From Eledone cirrhosa (lineage: Eukaryota), in NCBI GenBank assembly GCA_964016885.1, contig OZ024743.1, positions 230,826,001 to 230,890,000 of the forward strand: a stretch of 64,000 nucleotides of DNA, in the 5' to 3' direction. The notes beneath the pieces were generated by a model. That model was not told the DNA's origin and did no database searches. It saw only the letters and a list, made by a program, of their open reading frames with translations. Position numbers and translations under genes: made by a program. This document shows, piece after piece, positions 12,926 to 25,800 of the stretch (positions are counted from its first letter, which is position 1; every line of letters begins with the position of its first letter).

Positions 12926-14830
12926 ATAATAATAAATTTGAAGACTGAAATCCAAAGAGGGCTCGATAAGGATGAATATATATCAGATATATAAGAACCG
13001 TAGCGCAAATATTTATTAAAATAACAGATTAAAGTTTAAGCAAAGAAACGCTACTTTCACCCTTAACGGCATCTTCTGAAACTAACAAAGTCAATCTGTG
13101 AATGGTTCGTGGAAACGTTCCCTGGTAAAGAACGAAAAAAAAAACGGAAAAAGACGCGAAGATAATACGTCATTAATTGGATGCGGTAAAAACAATTACA
13201 CGCAATGACAAAACCACGTTTATGGTATAAATGCAATCGTAGACTAATATTCTATTAGGTGGTTCATGGAGACGTTCTCTGGCAATGAACGGAAAAAAAC
13301 GAAGATAATAAGTCATTATGTGGAACAGTGAGAACAATTACACGCAAATCAAAACCACGTAAATAGTACAACTGAAGGCGTAGACTAAAATTCTATTTAG
13401 GAAACCGAATGATTCTCGGCTTCAGAGTTAAAAATAAAGTAAATAAAATACTGAGGTAATTGAAATTAGAGATAACATACACGCATCAATTAGGTATATG
13501 CACAAGCATACGCGAAAACACTCGCCATAGGTATGCAAATACAAGCACGTACACAACAAAAAGCAAAAAAAAGCACGCACGCACATACAGAACCCAACAA
13601 AAACACAAAGTACACATATACACACATCATACATACGTACGAACCCGCATACTCACACAGGCGCAAAACTCACGTATACACATAACCAAATGCACATGTA
13701 CCAGTATATATAATATATACGCCAATAACATAAACAAGCAAATATACGTACGAGAAAGTATACGTATCTTCACAAAACATACAGGTAATATATACTTACC
13801 TATCCGAATAAGTAATGGTATTAACATAACATATACTTAGCTACCACATCAAGACAACACATCTGCGTATAGTTCGTACTATCCGTTAGGGTATAATGTG
13901 GGACTGTAATACAGGAAAGCTTTGTGCAATTTATGTTTACAAGTCGAAATTGCCTCAGATTTTTTGTTTAAGATGTGGTCTTTGGCGTCTAATATTTCCA
14001 GGGCCTCACCGGCGCAGAGGTCACATGGTCTTTTATTTCCGTTATACGATCGAGCCTTAGTTAGGATCTCCCAGTGTAACTTATATTGGGCGTGGTTGTA
14101 TTTTAGAGTCCAGATATAAGCTGAAAGTGACGTCATTTTCCTTTTTAAAGGGTTAAGAAAAGGATGGTATGCATGTAAAGACGCTGCTTGAATTTATTGC
14201 CGGTTAACTCTATGTAGGCCCTAGGGGACGTGGGTGGTTCAACCTTACATTTGTAGACAATGTTACTAAAGAGGCATTTCCCGTATAGGGGGCAGTCAAC
14301 CCGATTCCTACAATTACAGTTAGTACTGGCTACGGGGTTGCACGTGTTCCTATGGCTAGGAAATTTAGCTCTGGTGAAGCTGTGATGTTATGTGCTGTAA
14401 TGAAGCTGTGATGTTATGTGCAAGGTTTGGAGTCGTAGATTAAGAAATTTTAATGGTATTTCTATTAAAAAATGTTACTATATTTATGTGATGGGGAGAA
14501 ATGCTTCATAATAAGGGAGAGAAAGATTTTGCTAATAGAAATATTAGTCTACGACTTCATTTATACCATAAACGTGGTTGTGTCTTTGCGTGTAATTGTT
14601 TTCATCGAACCAAACAATGACGTATTATCTTCGTTTTTTTTCCAGTTCTTAAACCAGGGAGGGAACGTTTCCACGAACCAAAGTATCGTCTTCCTGTCTT
14701 TCTTCGGTTGCAACGTTTTTTGAAATATTTACTTCTGCGTTCACAGATTGACTTTTTCAGTTTCAGAAAGATCTCGTTAAGGGGGAAAGCAGCGATTATT
14801 TGCTTAAATTTTAATCTGTTATGTTAATAA
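12925..14830 (-). mobile_element. 5'-truncated Penelope-like element (GIY-YIG remnant 13879-14340) with pLTR and inverted pLTR copy (14560-14825)
   Basis: CNCRNRVDCPLYGKCLFSNIVYKC..AYIELT..FKQR..TSLSAYIWTLK..WEIL..CDLC..LNKKSE..CKH; 13020-13260 recurs inverted at 14560-14825; ~160 bp tandem duplication 13103-13400. Confidence 0.85.
13033..13083 (-). ncRNA. Type I hammerhead-like motif with A4 core (CAGANGA); copies at 14759-14810(+) and 39765-39814(-)
   Basis: agttt-CAGAAGA-tgcc gttaa gggt-GAAA-gtagcgtttctttg-CTT-aaact; the 39.8 kb copy reads agttt-CAGATGA-tccc gttaa gggt-GAAA-gc...gCTT-aaact. Confidence 0.6.
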
Positions 14831-14839
14831 ATAAATAAA

Positions 14840-14948
<109 letters not shown>

Positions 14949-15485
14949 GTATATATATATATAATATTAAGGATACTATTTATAGTTATGTATATTTTAA
15001 ACCATAAACAGGGAAGGTCAGTAATGTATTATTACCTTATTACCAGTAAGATAAATAACTCAATGTAATAACGTCAGTTGTTCTACAGAGCAGTTATATA
15101 GAGTTCAAAAGAATCAAAGCTATGTTAAAAGCATTCGTATATAAATGAGACACACTTGCATGCTCCATCTGTAACTAACGCATACACCACCTACTAGATC
15201 TGACTATCAAACTATCCTCTTGCATTATCTGTGTTATCTGCCGAATGTATTTTAATTTTAATTTTGATTTTGATTTTAAATTTGAATTGCTGTACAAATA
15301 TAGTATAGTATTATATGTCACTCCACTGAACAGCAATATATATATATGTATCTATATATCTCTTGTTGGATAGGAGGTCAATTATATGTACAAAACATTG
15401 AAAAATGCTCCGAAGTCCCAAGCCTAGGTTTGCATGAAACAATTGTAAGTGAATAAATGCTTTGAACATAGCTTTGATTCTTGTG

Positions 15486-15526
<41 letters not shown>

Positions 15527-16480
15527 ACGTAAAATAAGAAAATTTCTTAAAAAAATTTTTTTATTTAAATTAACTTACTTAAATTTTCACTCCAACTACT
15601 TAGTTTCTGCAATGGGATAAAGACAGTTACGTAATGAACTGTTGAGAATTTCATTGCGTCATCAGGGAGGTCATTCTCAGCCGAGTCTCCAGGCGATGCG
15701 CGGACACTGGGGACTCATATAAAAATAATAATAATTCGGCAACTGGAACAGCTATCGAGGACTGGATTCCAGCCACTGAAAATTCTCACTGCCACTGATC
15801 ATATGGCCGATTCTAAAGAATCAATCACGTGACAGAGAGGCTAGTCAGTAGGAATGGGATGGTAAGATGACAGACGCCTACTAACACCCCCCCCCCCCCC
15901 CCAAAAAAAAAATTTAGAAGTGGTTTTGGCAGGTTTGCTCGACAAATCAGTGATTTGGAGATACATATAGATAATTTAATATATCTACTAACATAAGTGG
16001 AGTGAAAATTTAAGTAAGTTAATTTTTTTTTTTTTTTTTTTAAGAAATTTTCTAATTTTACGTCTTATATATTATTGTTCTGCATTCTCCTGCATTGAAC
16101 CACCTAGGTACTATGACATAACCTGTGTATTTGCTGGCATTAGCGTACATCTGTACGCTTATGTTAGTAGATATATTAAATTATCTATATTTATCTCCAA
16201 ATCACTGATTTGTCGAGCAAACCTGCCAAAACCACTTCTAATTTGTTTTGGGGGGGGGGGGGGTGTTAGTAGGCGTCTATCATCTTACCATCCCATTCCT
16301 ACTGACTAGCCTCTGTGTCACGTGATTGATTCTTTAGAATCGGCCATATGATCAGTGGCAGTGAGAATTTTCAGTGGCTGGAATCCAGTCCTCGATAGCT
16401 GTTCCAGTTGCCGAATTATTATTATTTTTATATGAGTCCCCAGTGTCCGCGCATCGCCTGGAGACTCGGCTGAGAATGAC

Positions 16481-16560
16481 CTCCCTGATGACGCAATGAA
16501 ATTCTCAACAGTTCATTACGTAACTGTCTTTATCCCATTGCAGAAACTAATTAGTTGGAG
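16481..16560 (+). ncRNA. Type I hammerhead ribozyme, canonical core (family A)
   Basis: ctcc-CTGATGA-cgcaatg...cattgca-GAAA-ctaatta-GTT-ggag. Confidence 0.85.
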
Positions 16561-17033
16561 AGAAAATTTAAGTAAGTTAATTTTAAAAAAAAAATGTTTT
16601 AATGAAATTTTCTTATTTTACGTCTTATATATTATTGTTCTGCATTCTCCTGCATTGAACTACCTAGGTACTATGACATAACCTGTGTATTTGCTGGCAT
16701 TAGCGTACATCTGTACGCTTATGTTAGTAGATATATTAAATTATCTATATTTATCTCCAAATCACTGATTTGTCGAGCAAACCTGCCAAAACCACTTCTA
16801 AATTTTTTTTGGGGGGTGTTAGTAGGCGTCTGTCATCTAACCATCCCATTTCTACTGACTAGCCACTGTGTCACGTGATTGATTCTTTAGAATCGGCCAT
16901 ATGATCAGTGGTAGTGAGAATTTTCAGTGGCTGGAATCCAGTCCTCGATAGCTGTTCCAGTTGCCGAATTATTATTATTTTTATATGAGTCCCCAGTGTC
17001 CGCGCATCGCCTGGAGACTCGGCTGAGAATGAC

Positions 17034-17113
17034 CTCCCTGATGACGCAATGAAATTCTCAACAGTTCATTACGTAACTGTCTTTATCCCATTGCAGAAAC
17101 TAATTAGTTGGAG
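17034..17113 (+). ncRNA. Type I hammerhead ribozyme, canonical core (family A, second tandem unit); third copy on minus strand ~15590-15669
   Basis: Identical motif to 16481-16560. Confidence 0.85.
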
Positions 17114-17625
17114 TGAAAATTTAAGTAAGTTAATTTTAAAAAAAAATTTTTTCTAAGAAATTTTCTTATTTTACGTCTTATATATTATTGTTCTGCATTC
17201 TCCTGCATTGAACCACCTAGGTACTATGACATAACCTGTGTATTTGCTGGCATTTGCGTACATCTGTACATGTTAGTAGATATATTAAATTATCTAGATA
17301 TATATATATATATGTAGATAAATCTACCAAAAGTTTACGGTAGTGTCCAATCCGTATGAAGAACTCAATGTAATCCGGATATCATGAAAAGAGAAGATGC
17401 ATTCAAAAACTACTTTCGGTGAAAAATAAACGGAAAACAGAGTCAAGATAAATTAATAAAATAATGAATAAACAAAGAAACAGTTCCTTATATTAAAAAA
17501 TTCATCATTTTACGATCGTTTCTAGGATATATATGTGTTAGAGTTGGTATGCATATTCTATAGATCTATGTACAATATTTATACAAAATAACAGAGGGAA
17601 TATACATACCTACACATATATATGC

Positions 17626-17684
<59 letters not shown>

Positions 17685-17902
17685 TTGTATATATATATAT
17701 ATATATATGTATATCTATATATATGTATATATATATATATAAGTATGCATACGTACATACATATATGTATACAGACGTACAGTAGTATGTATATACATAT
17801 ACATACACGCACACATATATATGTACGTATGGATTCACCGTTAATATGAGTGGGAAATGAAATTTCGTTTCATTTTTTCCGTTTATATATATATATATAT
17901 AT

Positions 17903-18018
17903 ATAGGAACAAGTAAGACCCCGACGGCTGAGCTCAAGCCGTTTCGACGGCTAATTCCGTACAGAATTAGCCGTCGAAACGGCTTGAGCTCAGCCGTCGG
18001 GGTCTTACTTGTTCCTAT
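17903..18018. repeat. Perfect 55 bp-arm hairpin containing the 3' half of a hammerhead (family F; fragments also at 2897-3020, 58891-59020, 60146-60198)
   Basis: Arms 17903-17957 / 17964-18018, loop cgtaca; right arm carries GAAA-cggct tgagctc agcc-GTC-ggggtc. Confidence 0.85.
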
Positions 18019-18119
18019 TACCCAATCTACTACCCTAAGTATTGAGTACTTTGGTGCGTTATGGTCCACCTGGTTCCTTACCACATTTCCTTCGCTATAT
18101 ATATATATATATATATACG

Positions 18120-20384
18120 GATTAGCAAATAATAGTTAAATGCAGTCCACTTAGGTGAAGTCCAGTTATGGTATTCCAGGTAGTGGATGATATTAACGCT
18201 TGGCTTGGTTTGTCTGAACAAGGCGTTTTTATAGTGATGCTGCGGGTATGCTGTAATTCCTATGTTGTAAACACTTGGAGTAATAATAAATCAGGAAAGA
18301 AGGTTTACATGGTTTGCTATACAAAAAGTTTTTAATCACATAGCTTACATTTGTTTCACTGAACTGGTATGTCTAGAGATCGCTATCCGCTTAATTTTGC
18401 GTTACTCGATCGCCAATACAGAATTATAACCAGTCAGATCTTCGGAGCATGCGAGAATGAAGAAAATACACAGGCAAGAAAAGAAAAGAAAATACAGGCT
18501 ACTATATGGAGTAGTGATGGCATTCAATTAGAACAATATCAACAATTACAACAATGCTATCAATAAACTATTTAAGGAGACCCTGACATTACTTAGGTGG
18601 GGGTATATAATGTATCTAATGTTACGGCGTGAAAACCAGCTGTCATAAGGCAAAAAGTATCGTAGTGTGTATCAATTTTAAATTATAAAGATAAGCTAGT
18701 TTTTACAGTCTTTCTCTTCATCTTCAACAGTATACATGAGTGTGACCACTGTCAAAGCTCAATAGTTGTAGAGTTAATACAGAGGTTAACGAATTAATAT
18801 ACACATATATCTACGCACACACACACACACACATACACATACACACACCCACACATATACATATATATAAATATATATACACATATATACACATGCATGT
18901 GTACATAGACACATACATACACATCAATATACACTCGTACAAAAAATATACATACATGCAAAGAGAAAAGCGTGCTAATTGTAATTATGGCAAAAAGAAG
19001 GTAAAGTAACATTGTAGTAGTGAAATGAGAAAAACTCGGATCTAGGATCAAATGATTGCAGCAGTTAAGAAGGAGTAAGATTGTTGGTAGATGAGCTACT
19101 TACAGACAATTGTGTGGTATAGACTTGTGAAGGATATAGTATACTTAATGAATATAGACTTAATGAATATAGACTTGTGAAGGATATAGTATACTCAATG
19201 AAAAACCGTGCACTTATGGGTTCCACCACCCTCGCCAGAAAAATATGGGAATTGAAGGACAGCAACACTAACTACACTATCAACTGGTCGAAGTTGTCGG
19301 CTGCTAAAACCTATAGTACAGGTATGTTCTATTGCGGGCTGTGTGATCTTGAGCTATTGTATATCCTTAGAAATGTTAAAAGGCTACTTAATAATAAGTT
19401 AGAAAGATCTATCTTCTGCAGACATAGAATAGCCACTAAATTCATAAGATTCAAACCTCCGTGAATCGAACCAACATAAGATAGCTTTAAATTAGGATAC
19501 CTACTACCCACAGAAATATATTCATTAAGTATACTATATCCTTCACAAGTCTATACCACACAATTGTCTGTAAGTACCTCATCTACCAACAATCTTACTC
19601 CTTCTCAGCTGCTGCAATCATTTGATCCTAGATCCGAGTTTTTCTCATTTCACTACTACAATGTTACTTTACCTTCTTTTTGCCATAATTACAATTAGCA
19701 CGCTTTTCTCTTTGCATGTATGTATATTTTTGTACGAGTGTATATTGATGTGTATGTATGTGTCTATGTACACATGCATGTGTATATATGTGTATATATA
19801 TTTATATATATGTATATGTGTGTATGTGTGTATGTGTGTATGTGTATGTGTGTGTGTGTGTGCGTAGATATATGCGTATATTAATTCGTTAACCTCTGTA
19901 TTAACTCTACAACTATTGAGCTTTGACAGTGGTCCCACTCATGTATACTGTTGAAGATGAAGAGAAAGACTGTAAACACTAACTTATCTTTATAATTTAA
20001 AATTGATACACACTACGATACTTTTTGCCTTATGACAGCTGGTTTTCACGCCGTAACATTATATACATTATATACCCCCACCTAAGTAATGTCAGGGTCT
20101 CCTTAAATAGTTTATTGATAGCATTGTTGTAATTGTTGTTATTGTTCTAATTGAATGCCATCACTACTCCATATAGTAGCCTGTATTTTCTTTTCTTTTC
20201 TTGCCTGTGTATTTTCTTCATTCTCGCATGCACCGAAGATCTGACTGGTTATAATTCTGTATTGGCGATCGAGTAACGCAAAATTAAGCGGATAGCGATC
20301 TCTAGACATACCAGTTCAGTGAAACAAATGTAAGCTATGTGATTAAAAACTTTTTTGTATAGCAAACCATGTAAACCTTCTTTC

Positions 20385-20388
<4 letters not shown>
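18120..20388. mobile_element. Penelope-like element remnant: GIY-YIG C-terminus (19195-19464, +) between ~870 bp inverted repeats (18291-19160 / 19521-20388)
   Basis: TTLARKIWELK..INWSKL..CGLCDLE..LLNNKLE..CRH; the two arms are near-identical reverse complements. Confidence 0.88.
20230..20335 (+). ncRNA. Type I hammerhead-like motif with C4 core and long stem II; mirror copy 18343-18448(-)
   Basis: gc(t/a)-CCGAAGA-tctgactggt...accagttcagt-GAAA-caaat-GTA-agc. Confidence 0.55.
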
Positions 20389-20457
<69 letters not shown>

Positions 20458-20516
20458 ATATATATATATATATACATATATACATATATGTATATATATA
20501 TATATATATATATAGT

Positions 20517-20584
<68 letters not shown>

Positions 20585-20599
20585 ATATACATATATATA

Positions 20600-21485
20600 C
20601 GAGGTGTGTCAGAAAAGTTCCAAGATTGATGTCACAAAAGATGTATTTCAAACCCAAACTTCACACTAAGAGTTTTTTTCCTTCAAAGTAATTCCCTGGA
20701 GTATGTAATGTAATCTTAGCTCTCGGCAGCGATCAAACTTTTTTCTTCATAATTTTTTATACATGTCCTCTTTTTCAGGTCGTCAAACAATGAGCACAGA
20801 GCAACGAACAAACTTGAAGTTTCTGGTACGGTTGGGGAAATCTCCGTCAACAGCACTGGGATTGCTGCAGCAAGTGTATGGAGAGGAGACGATATCATGC
20901 TCACGTATTTTTGAGTGGTGCAATATAACCCCAGGAGCGGAAGACCCTCAACAACCAGGTCTGAGGTCAACGTTCAGCGCGTCAGGCTGATGGTGCGGAG
21001 CGATCGTCGGCTGACTGTTCGACTGATGGCAAATGAGCTGGGCATGAATCGGGACAGCGTCAGGAAGATTCTCACTGAATATTTGGACACGCGGGAAGTC
21101 TGCTCGAAGATGGTACCAAAACTGCTGAACAATGGCCAGAAGGGTCGACGCATGCAAGTGTGACAGGACATCCTCGAGCGTCTTCAAACCGAACCAGACT
21201 TATTAGGTACAGTCATCACCGGTGATGAGTCATAGATCTTTGAGTACGACCCAGACAAGACCCGTTTTGAAGACGTGGACGACATCAAAATGGCCGTGAC
21301 GACGGAACTGCGGAGGATCCCGGAAGAATCCTTCCAGGAGTTCATGCAAGCGTGGCAGAAAAGGATGGAAAAGTGTATTAGACTCCAAAGGATTACTTTT
21401 TTGAAGGAGAAGACTCTTAGTGTGAAGTTTGAGTTTGAAATAAATCTTTTGCGACATCAGTTCTGGAACTTTTCTGACACACCTC

Positions 21486-21486
<1 letters not shown>
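20600..21486 (+). mobile_element. Internally deleted mariner (Tc1/mariner) transposon
   Basis: TIRs cgaggtgtgtcagaaaagttcca...; TA flanks; transposase pieces MSTEQRTNLKFLVRLGKS, PRSGRPST, DRRLTVR, MVPKLL, ITGDES*IFEYDP joined directly to the C-terminal RFEDVDDIK..WQKRMEKCI (middle of the DDD domain lost). Confidence 0.93.
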
Positions 21487-21539
<53 letters not shown>

Positions 21540-21543
<4 letters not shown>

Positions 21544-22090
21544 TAAAACATGTCTATAGAATCACCAGATAAAATATATACCATTTCCTCTCCCAATTAG
21601 CATAATTAACCATATAAAGAATCGAATAAGGCTTCTATGAATAAGAATAAGAATCGAATAAGGCTTCTATGAAGAAATCTCCAACAAATAACCGAAATCA
21701 CCACTTCCCGCCGGCTGCGACGGAATATTTATCGAATATTTTGACAGCGTAATCGCCCAGATATACAGTTAATTAAACAGAATTAAGTGTATAATAAACT
21801 AGGAGAAAAGTTAACACATTTATTTATCTCGACCATGGTTTCGTCCGCATTTTAAGATATCCGATAGCTTCGCAACCTTGAGCACCGGACTCTTCAGGAA
21901 GTTAGCTCAAATTTAGACAATACATTTTCCAAAGTGATCGCACCAAGAATACATTCAAAAAGGGCTAAGAATCGTGACGTAGCAGCGCTCAGGTTAGAAG
22001 GAATGTAGTTGGTTGCTTACGTTTGGGGGCTTTTTGCTAGAAAGCGCAGCACAATACAGCCAAATTTGTATCTAAACCAAACGGGATATT
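21540..22090 (-). mobile_element. ORF-less HHR-bearing element (family G); partial second copy 27966-28182
   Basis: tcataaaacatgtctatagaatcaccagataaaat... shared by both copies; lies between (TA)n and (CA)n/(TA)n. Confidence 0.7.
21826..21902 (-). ncRNA. Type I hammerhead ribozyme, canonical core
   Basis: Minus: ttc-CTGAAGA-gtccg...cggac-GAAA-ccatg-GTC-gag; palindromic stem III ACCATGGT. Confidence 0.8.
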
Positions 22091-22108
22091 ATTACATATA
22101 AAGGTTTG

Positions 22109-22182
<74 letters not shown>

Positions 22183-22809
22183 ATAATAAAGTACCAGTAA
22201 TGCACTGGGTAATTGCTGGCCTTGTGCCTAAAGTAGAAACAATTATCTTTCACTTTTCATAACATTGTCTAAAAAGGCTACAGAATGGATTTCCAAATAA
22301 GGGCACGAAAATTTAATGAAAACTTGTTCACGTGACAGCCATAATTTCATTTATAACCAACCAAAAAAAAAAGCCTTCGTGAGCCCCTTTTTTCAAGTAA
22401 AAAGAAATTCAAACACTCATATATGAAAAAACAACCTATGACAACCCCCCCCCCCTCTTATTTGAAGAACTATAGTAACGCGAACTGGCGCGAAATTTAT
22501 TATAATTTTTGACAAACCAATCAAATTACTTCTCGAAAAACGTGGCATTTCGAGCCACTTTTTCCATATAAAACAAGTAACATTCAGAGACCAACCAGAT
22601 GTGAGGAAAACCACAGACCCTCCATCTCAACTCACCTTTCGAAAAGCAGAAGAACTGCGAAACCGGTAAAGGAACCAAATAAATATATATATTTTTTTTA
22701 AAAATAAGACTCCAGTTGCATTTTCGATTTCATCTCTTTTTCTTTATACTTTCAATCGTGTAGGACACCTCGGTTATTTTTCAATTTGTAAAAAAACCTC
22801 ACTTTCTAA

Positions 22810-25800
22810 TTGATACCCACCACACGAAGACCGAAAATGCCACCAAAGTCTCAACAAAACAACAACTCACTGAACCAGGACATCTTAAATGAACTGAAAC
22901 AGATTTCCTCTAAACTATCAATTTTGACCAACAAAGTGGACCAAATACACATCTATAAAAAAGGACCCCACGAAGAAACAGAAAATACTCAAGAGACGAA
23001 TATTACTCCAGTATTAACTAAGCTAATCGAAACCATTGAAACAGCAATGCTCCAAAAGCTGGAACAACCGTTAGAACCCAATCTACGAGATGCCCACTCA
23101 GTGAAAAACACCCTAATCAACATATGGACTCGAAAGCTCCCAGCCCGCAAATTCGTCCTTTGGAATCTCCTAAAAAATAATGGCAAGGCAGACATATATG
23201 AAAAGTGGCTAAACTCTACCACAATCATCCTCCCCAAAAAACTCCAAATAAAACCCATCCCGAATGAACCAGAAAACCAACAAAGACTTAGGGAAAAGAT
23301 GGCGTTGGAAAAATTTAAAATAGAAATAGAACTGTTGTGATTAAGAGCCAACTCCAACGAAAAAAAAGTCAAGTCACTCGACCAACAGATGGACACAGAA
23401 ATCTCAAAGCACTCTGAAGGACTACTCTACAAAAAAACCCTAAAATTTTGTTAAGAAAACTGTGAAGATGAAGAACTAACATCCCCCCAGCGATGGGAAA
23501 AAAACGCCACCTGGTTCAACAACTACGAAATGGACTTCAAAAATGAACAACATACAGGTAACCCATTTTTAAAACAAACTAAAACTCACACACCACATGC
23601 ACAACAAATAAAAAAAAAGTAACAAAACGTCCAACATAACCCCAGCAAAACTATAACGATAATCCCAGAAACCATAGACAAAACTATAACCCTACTAATA
23701 AAAACCAAAGATCCCCGAACACAATGCAGGACATGATCCGAATATCACAACCCACACAAAAGCTATACCAAAACCGTAGACCCCTGCCCACACAGAGCCT
23801 GTTCCAAAACCGTAGATCCCAACCCACACAAAGGAACAAAATCTACAACCCGGACTATCAACAAACAGAACCTCAATACGTCCGAAACTTCTATACAAGA
23901 CCACACAACAACAAGGTTAATACCATTAGATATAATAATACCATTGAAAAAACATTCCAGAAAAATCATTTTTTAGACCAAGGCTACAGGACACACGACA
24001 CCCGGTGGCACAAAGCGATTTTGAAAAACCGAAAATAATTAACCTTTCAAATACAAACCTGTCAGCCCAACAAGTAAAAATTCTCTTCAAAGGACTGAAA
24101 TTCACACCAACACCACAATACTCTAACCCCAATGAGCTAAATGACGCTATCTCACACTTCTGTAGAAAATTACGTCTCACAGAGGAATTCTTTGATAAGG
24201 AGAATAACGACGAATCAATTGTACGGAATAAAAGCAGCTACAACCCAACAAAAGGTAGAAACAGAGTTCTGGACAAATTTTGTGACCACATAGCTACCAT
24301 TCCATACCATGAACTACCGCAACCTAAACCCAAACCCAACACGAGTCGAAGGGAAATTGAGATTATCCATGAACTAAAAACAATACGGACATTATAATTA
24401 AGGAAGCGGACAAGGGAAGTACTGTTGTCATTATGGAGGCTGAAAAATATAAAAATTCTATGTTCTCTCTCTTACAAAATACTAATTACTATGAAAGAGT
24501 AAAAAACTACCAGCAATCAAAAACAATGACCAGATTAAACACACTGATTTATCGATACCAGGAAGACCTAACTAAAAAGGAACGCAATTATTTAACACAT
24601 TTTGAATACAAAACCAGCAACATTTACGGACTTCCGAAGATCCACAAGTGTAAAATAATCAACGATGCCTATAAACAATCCACCTCAGCCTGCGTGAACA
24701 CACAGTACCCCACAGACCTTAAATTAAGACCAATTGTAGCGGGCCCACATTGTGAAACACACAGACTGAGCAATTTTATAGACATACTACTGAAACCAAT
24801 TCTGAAACACATACCAAGCCTTGTAATAGACGATCTGGACCTCCTAAACCACCTCCCCAAACATGTCAACAACGACACTAGTATTGTGTCTTTCGATGTA
24901 GTGAATCTCTACACAACGATCCCACACCAATACGGACTAGAAGCAATAGGATTCTGGCTAGAGAAATATCCCAATGAGATACCTGACAGAATAGAAAAAA
25001 GCTTCATCACCGAGGGATTAAAATTCATCTTACAGAACAACTTTTTTGATTTCGATGGCAATACTTACAAGCAAATATCGGAGAGTCCGATGGGTACAAA
25101 AGCCGCTCCAACTTATGCCAACTTAGTCATGGCATACTTAGAAGTCCAGATATATGAACAGTCCAAATCAAAATACGGATTGAACTTCCACAAATATTTA
25201 TCAGAGAATTGGAAACGCTACTTGGATGATTGCCTCATTCTTTGGTCCCACACACTCGACCAACTGAAGGATTTCAAAAACTTAATAAACGGCATCAATA
25301 ACCACATCCAATTCACAATGGAATACAGCCAAGATCAACTCCCATTTCTGGACATCTTAATCTTAAAAAAGACACAAATATTGAAACTGACATACACTAC
25401 GAACCAACAGATTCCAAACATACCTGCTATTCACCTCCAACCACCCAAAGCACACGAAGACGAACATTCCTTTTAACCTAGCAAGAAGATTTTGCACAAT
25501 TGTCTCCAATTATGAAACGCGAAATAAAAGACTTCAAGAATTAAAGGAAATTCTACTCGAAAGAGAGTACCCACTATTATTAATAAATAATGGATTAGAA
25601 AGGGCTAAAGCAATAGGCATTGATGAATTACGAAAACAGAAACAAATTCAAGGTACGTCCAATATTCTATCATATATCTCAACACACAACCCAAGAAATG
25701 CGGAAGCTTACAACACTATTCACAAGAACATCCTACTACTAAAACAAAACCCATGAATGAAAAAAGCCATTGAAACACACAAAATAATCAAAAGCAAAAG

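Larger units (their letters stand above)
15522..17297 (+). mobile_element. Retrozyme-like array (family A): inverted partial unit 15522-15997, then ~2.3 tandem ~555 bp units 15999-17297
   Basis: ggag(t/a)gaaaatttaagtaagtt recurs at 15999, 16557 and 17110 (periods 558, 553); 15522-15997 is the reverse complement; no meaningful ORF; (TA)n on both sides. Confidence 0.92.

Noticed and set aside
15318-15455. Hammerhead-like CTGAACA...GAAACAATTGTAagtga next to a short inverted repeat
   Set aside because: G8 is altered and stem I is out of register; at best a decayed copy, so not counted.
15999-17297. CRISPR-like or simple satellite interpretation of the tandem array
   Set aside because: Units are ~555 bp near-identical copies with no spacers, in a eukaryotic context with no cas genes.
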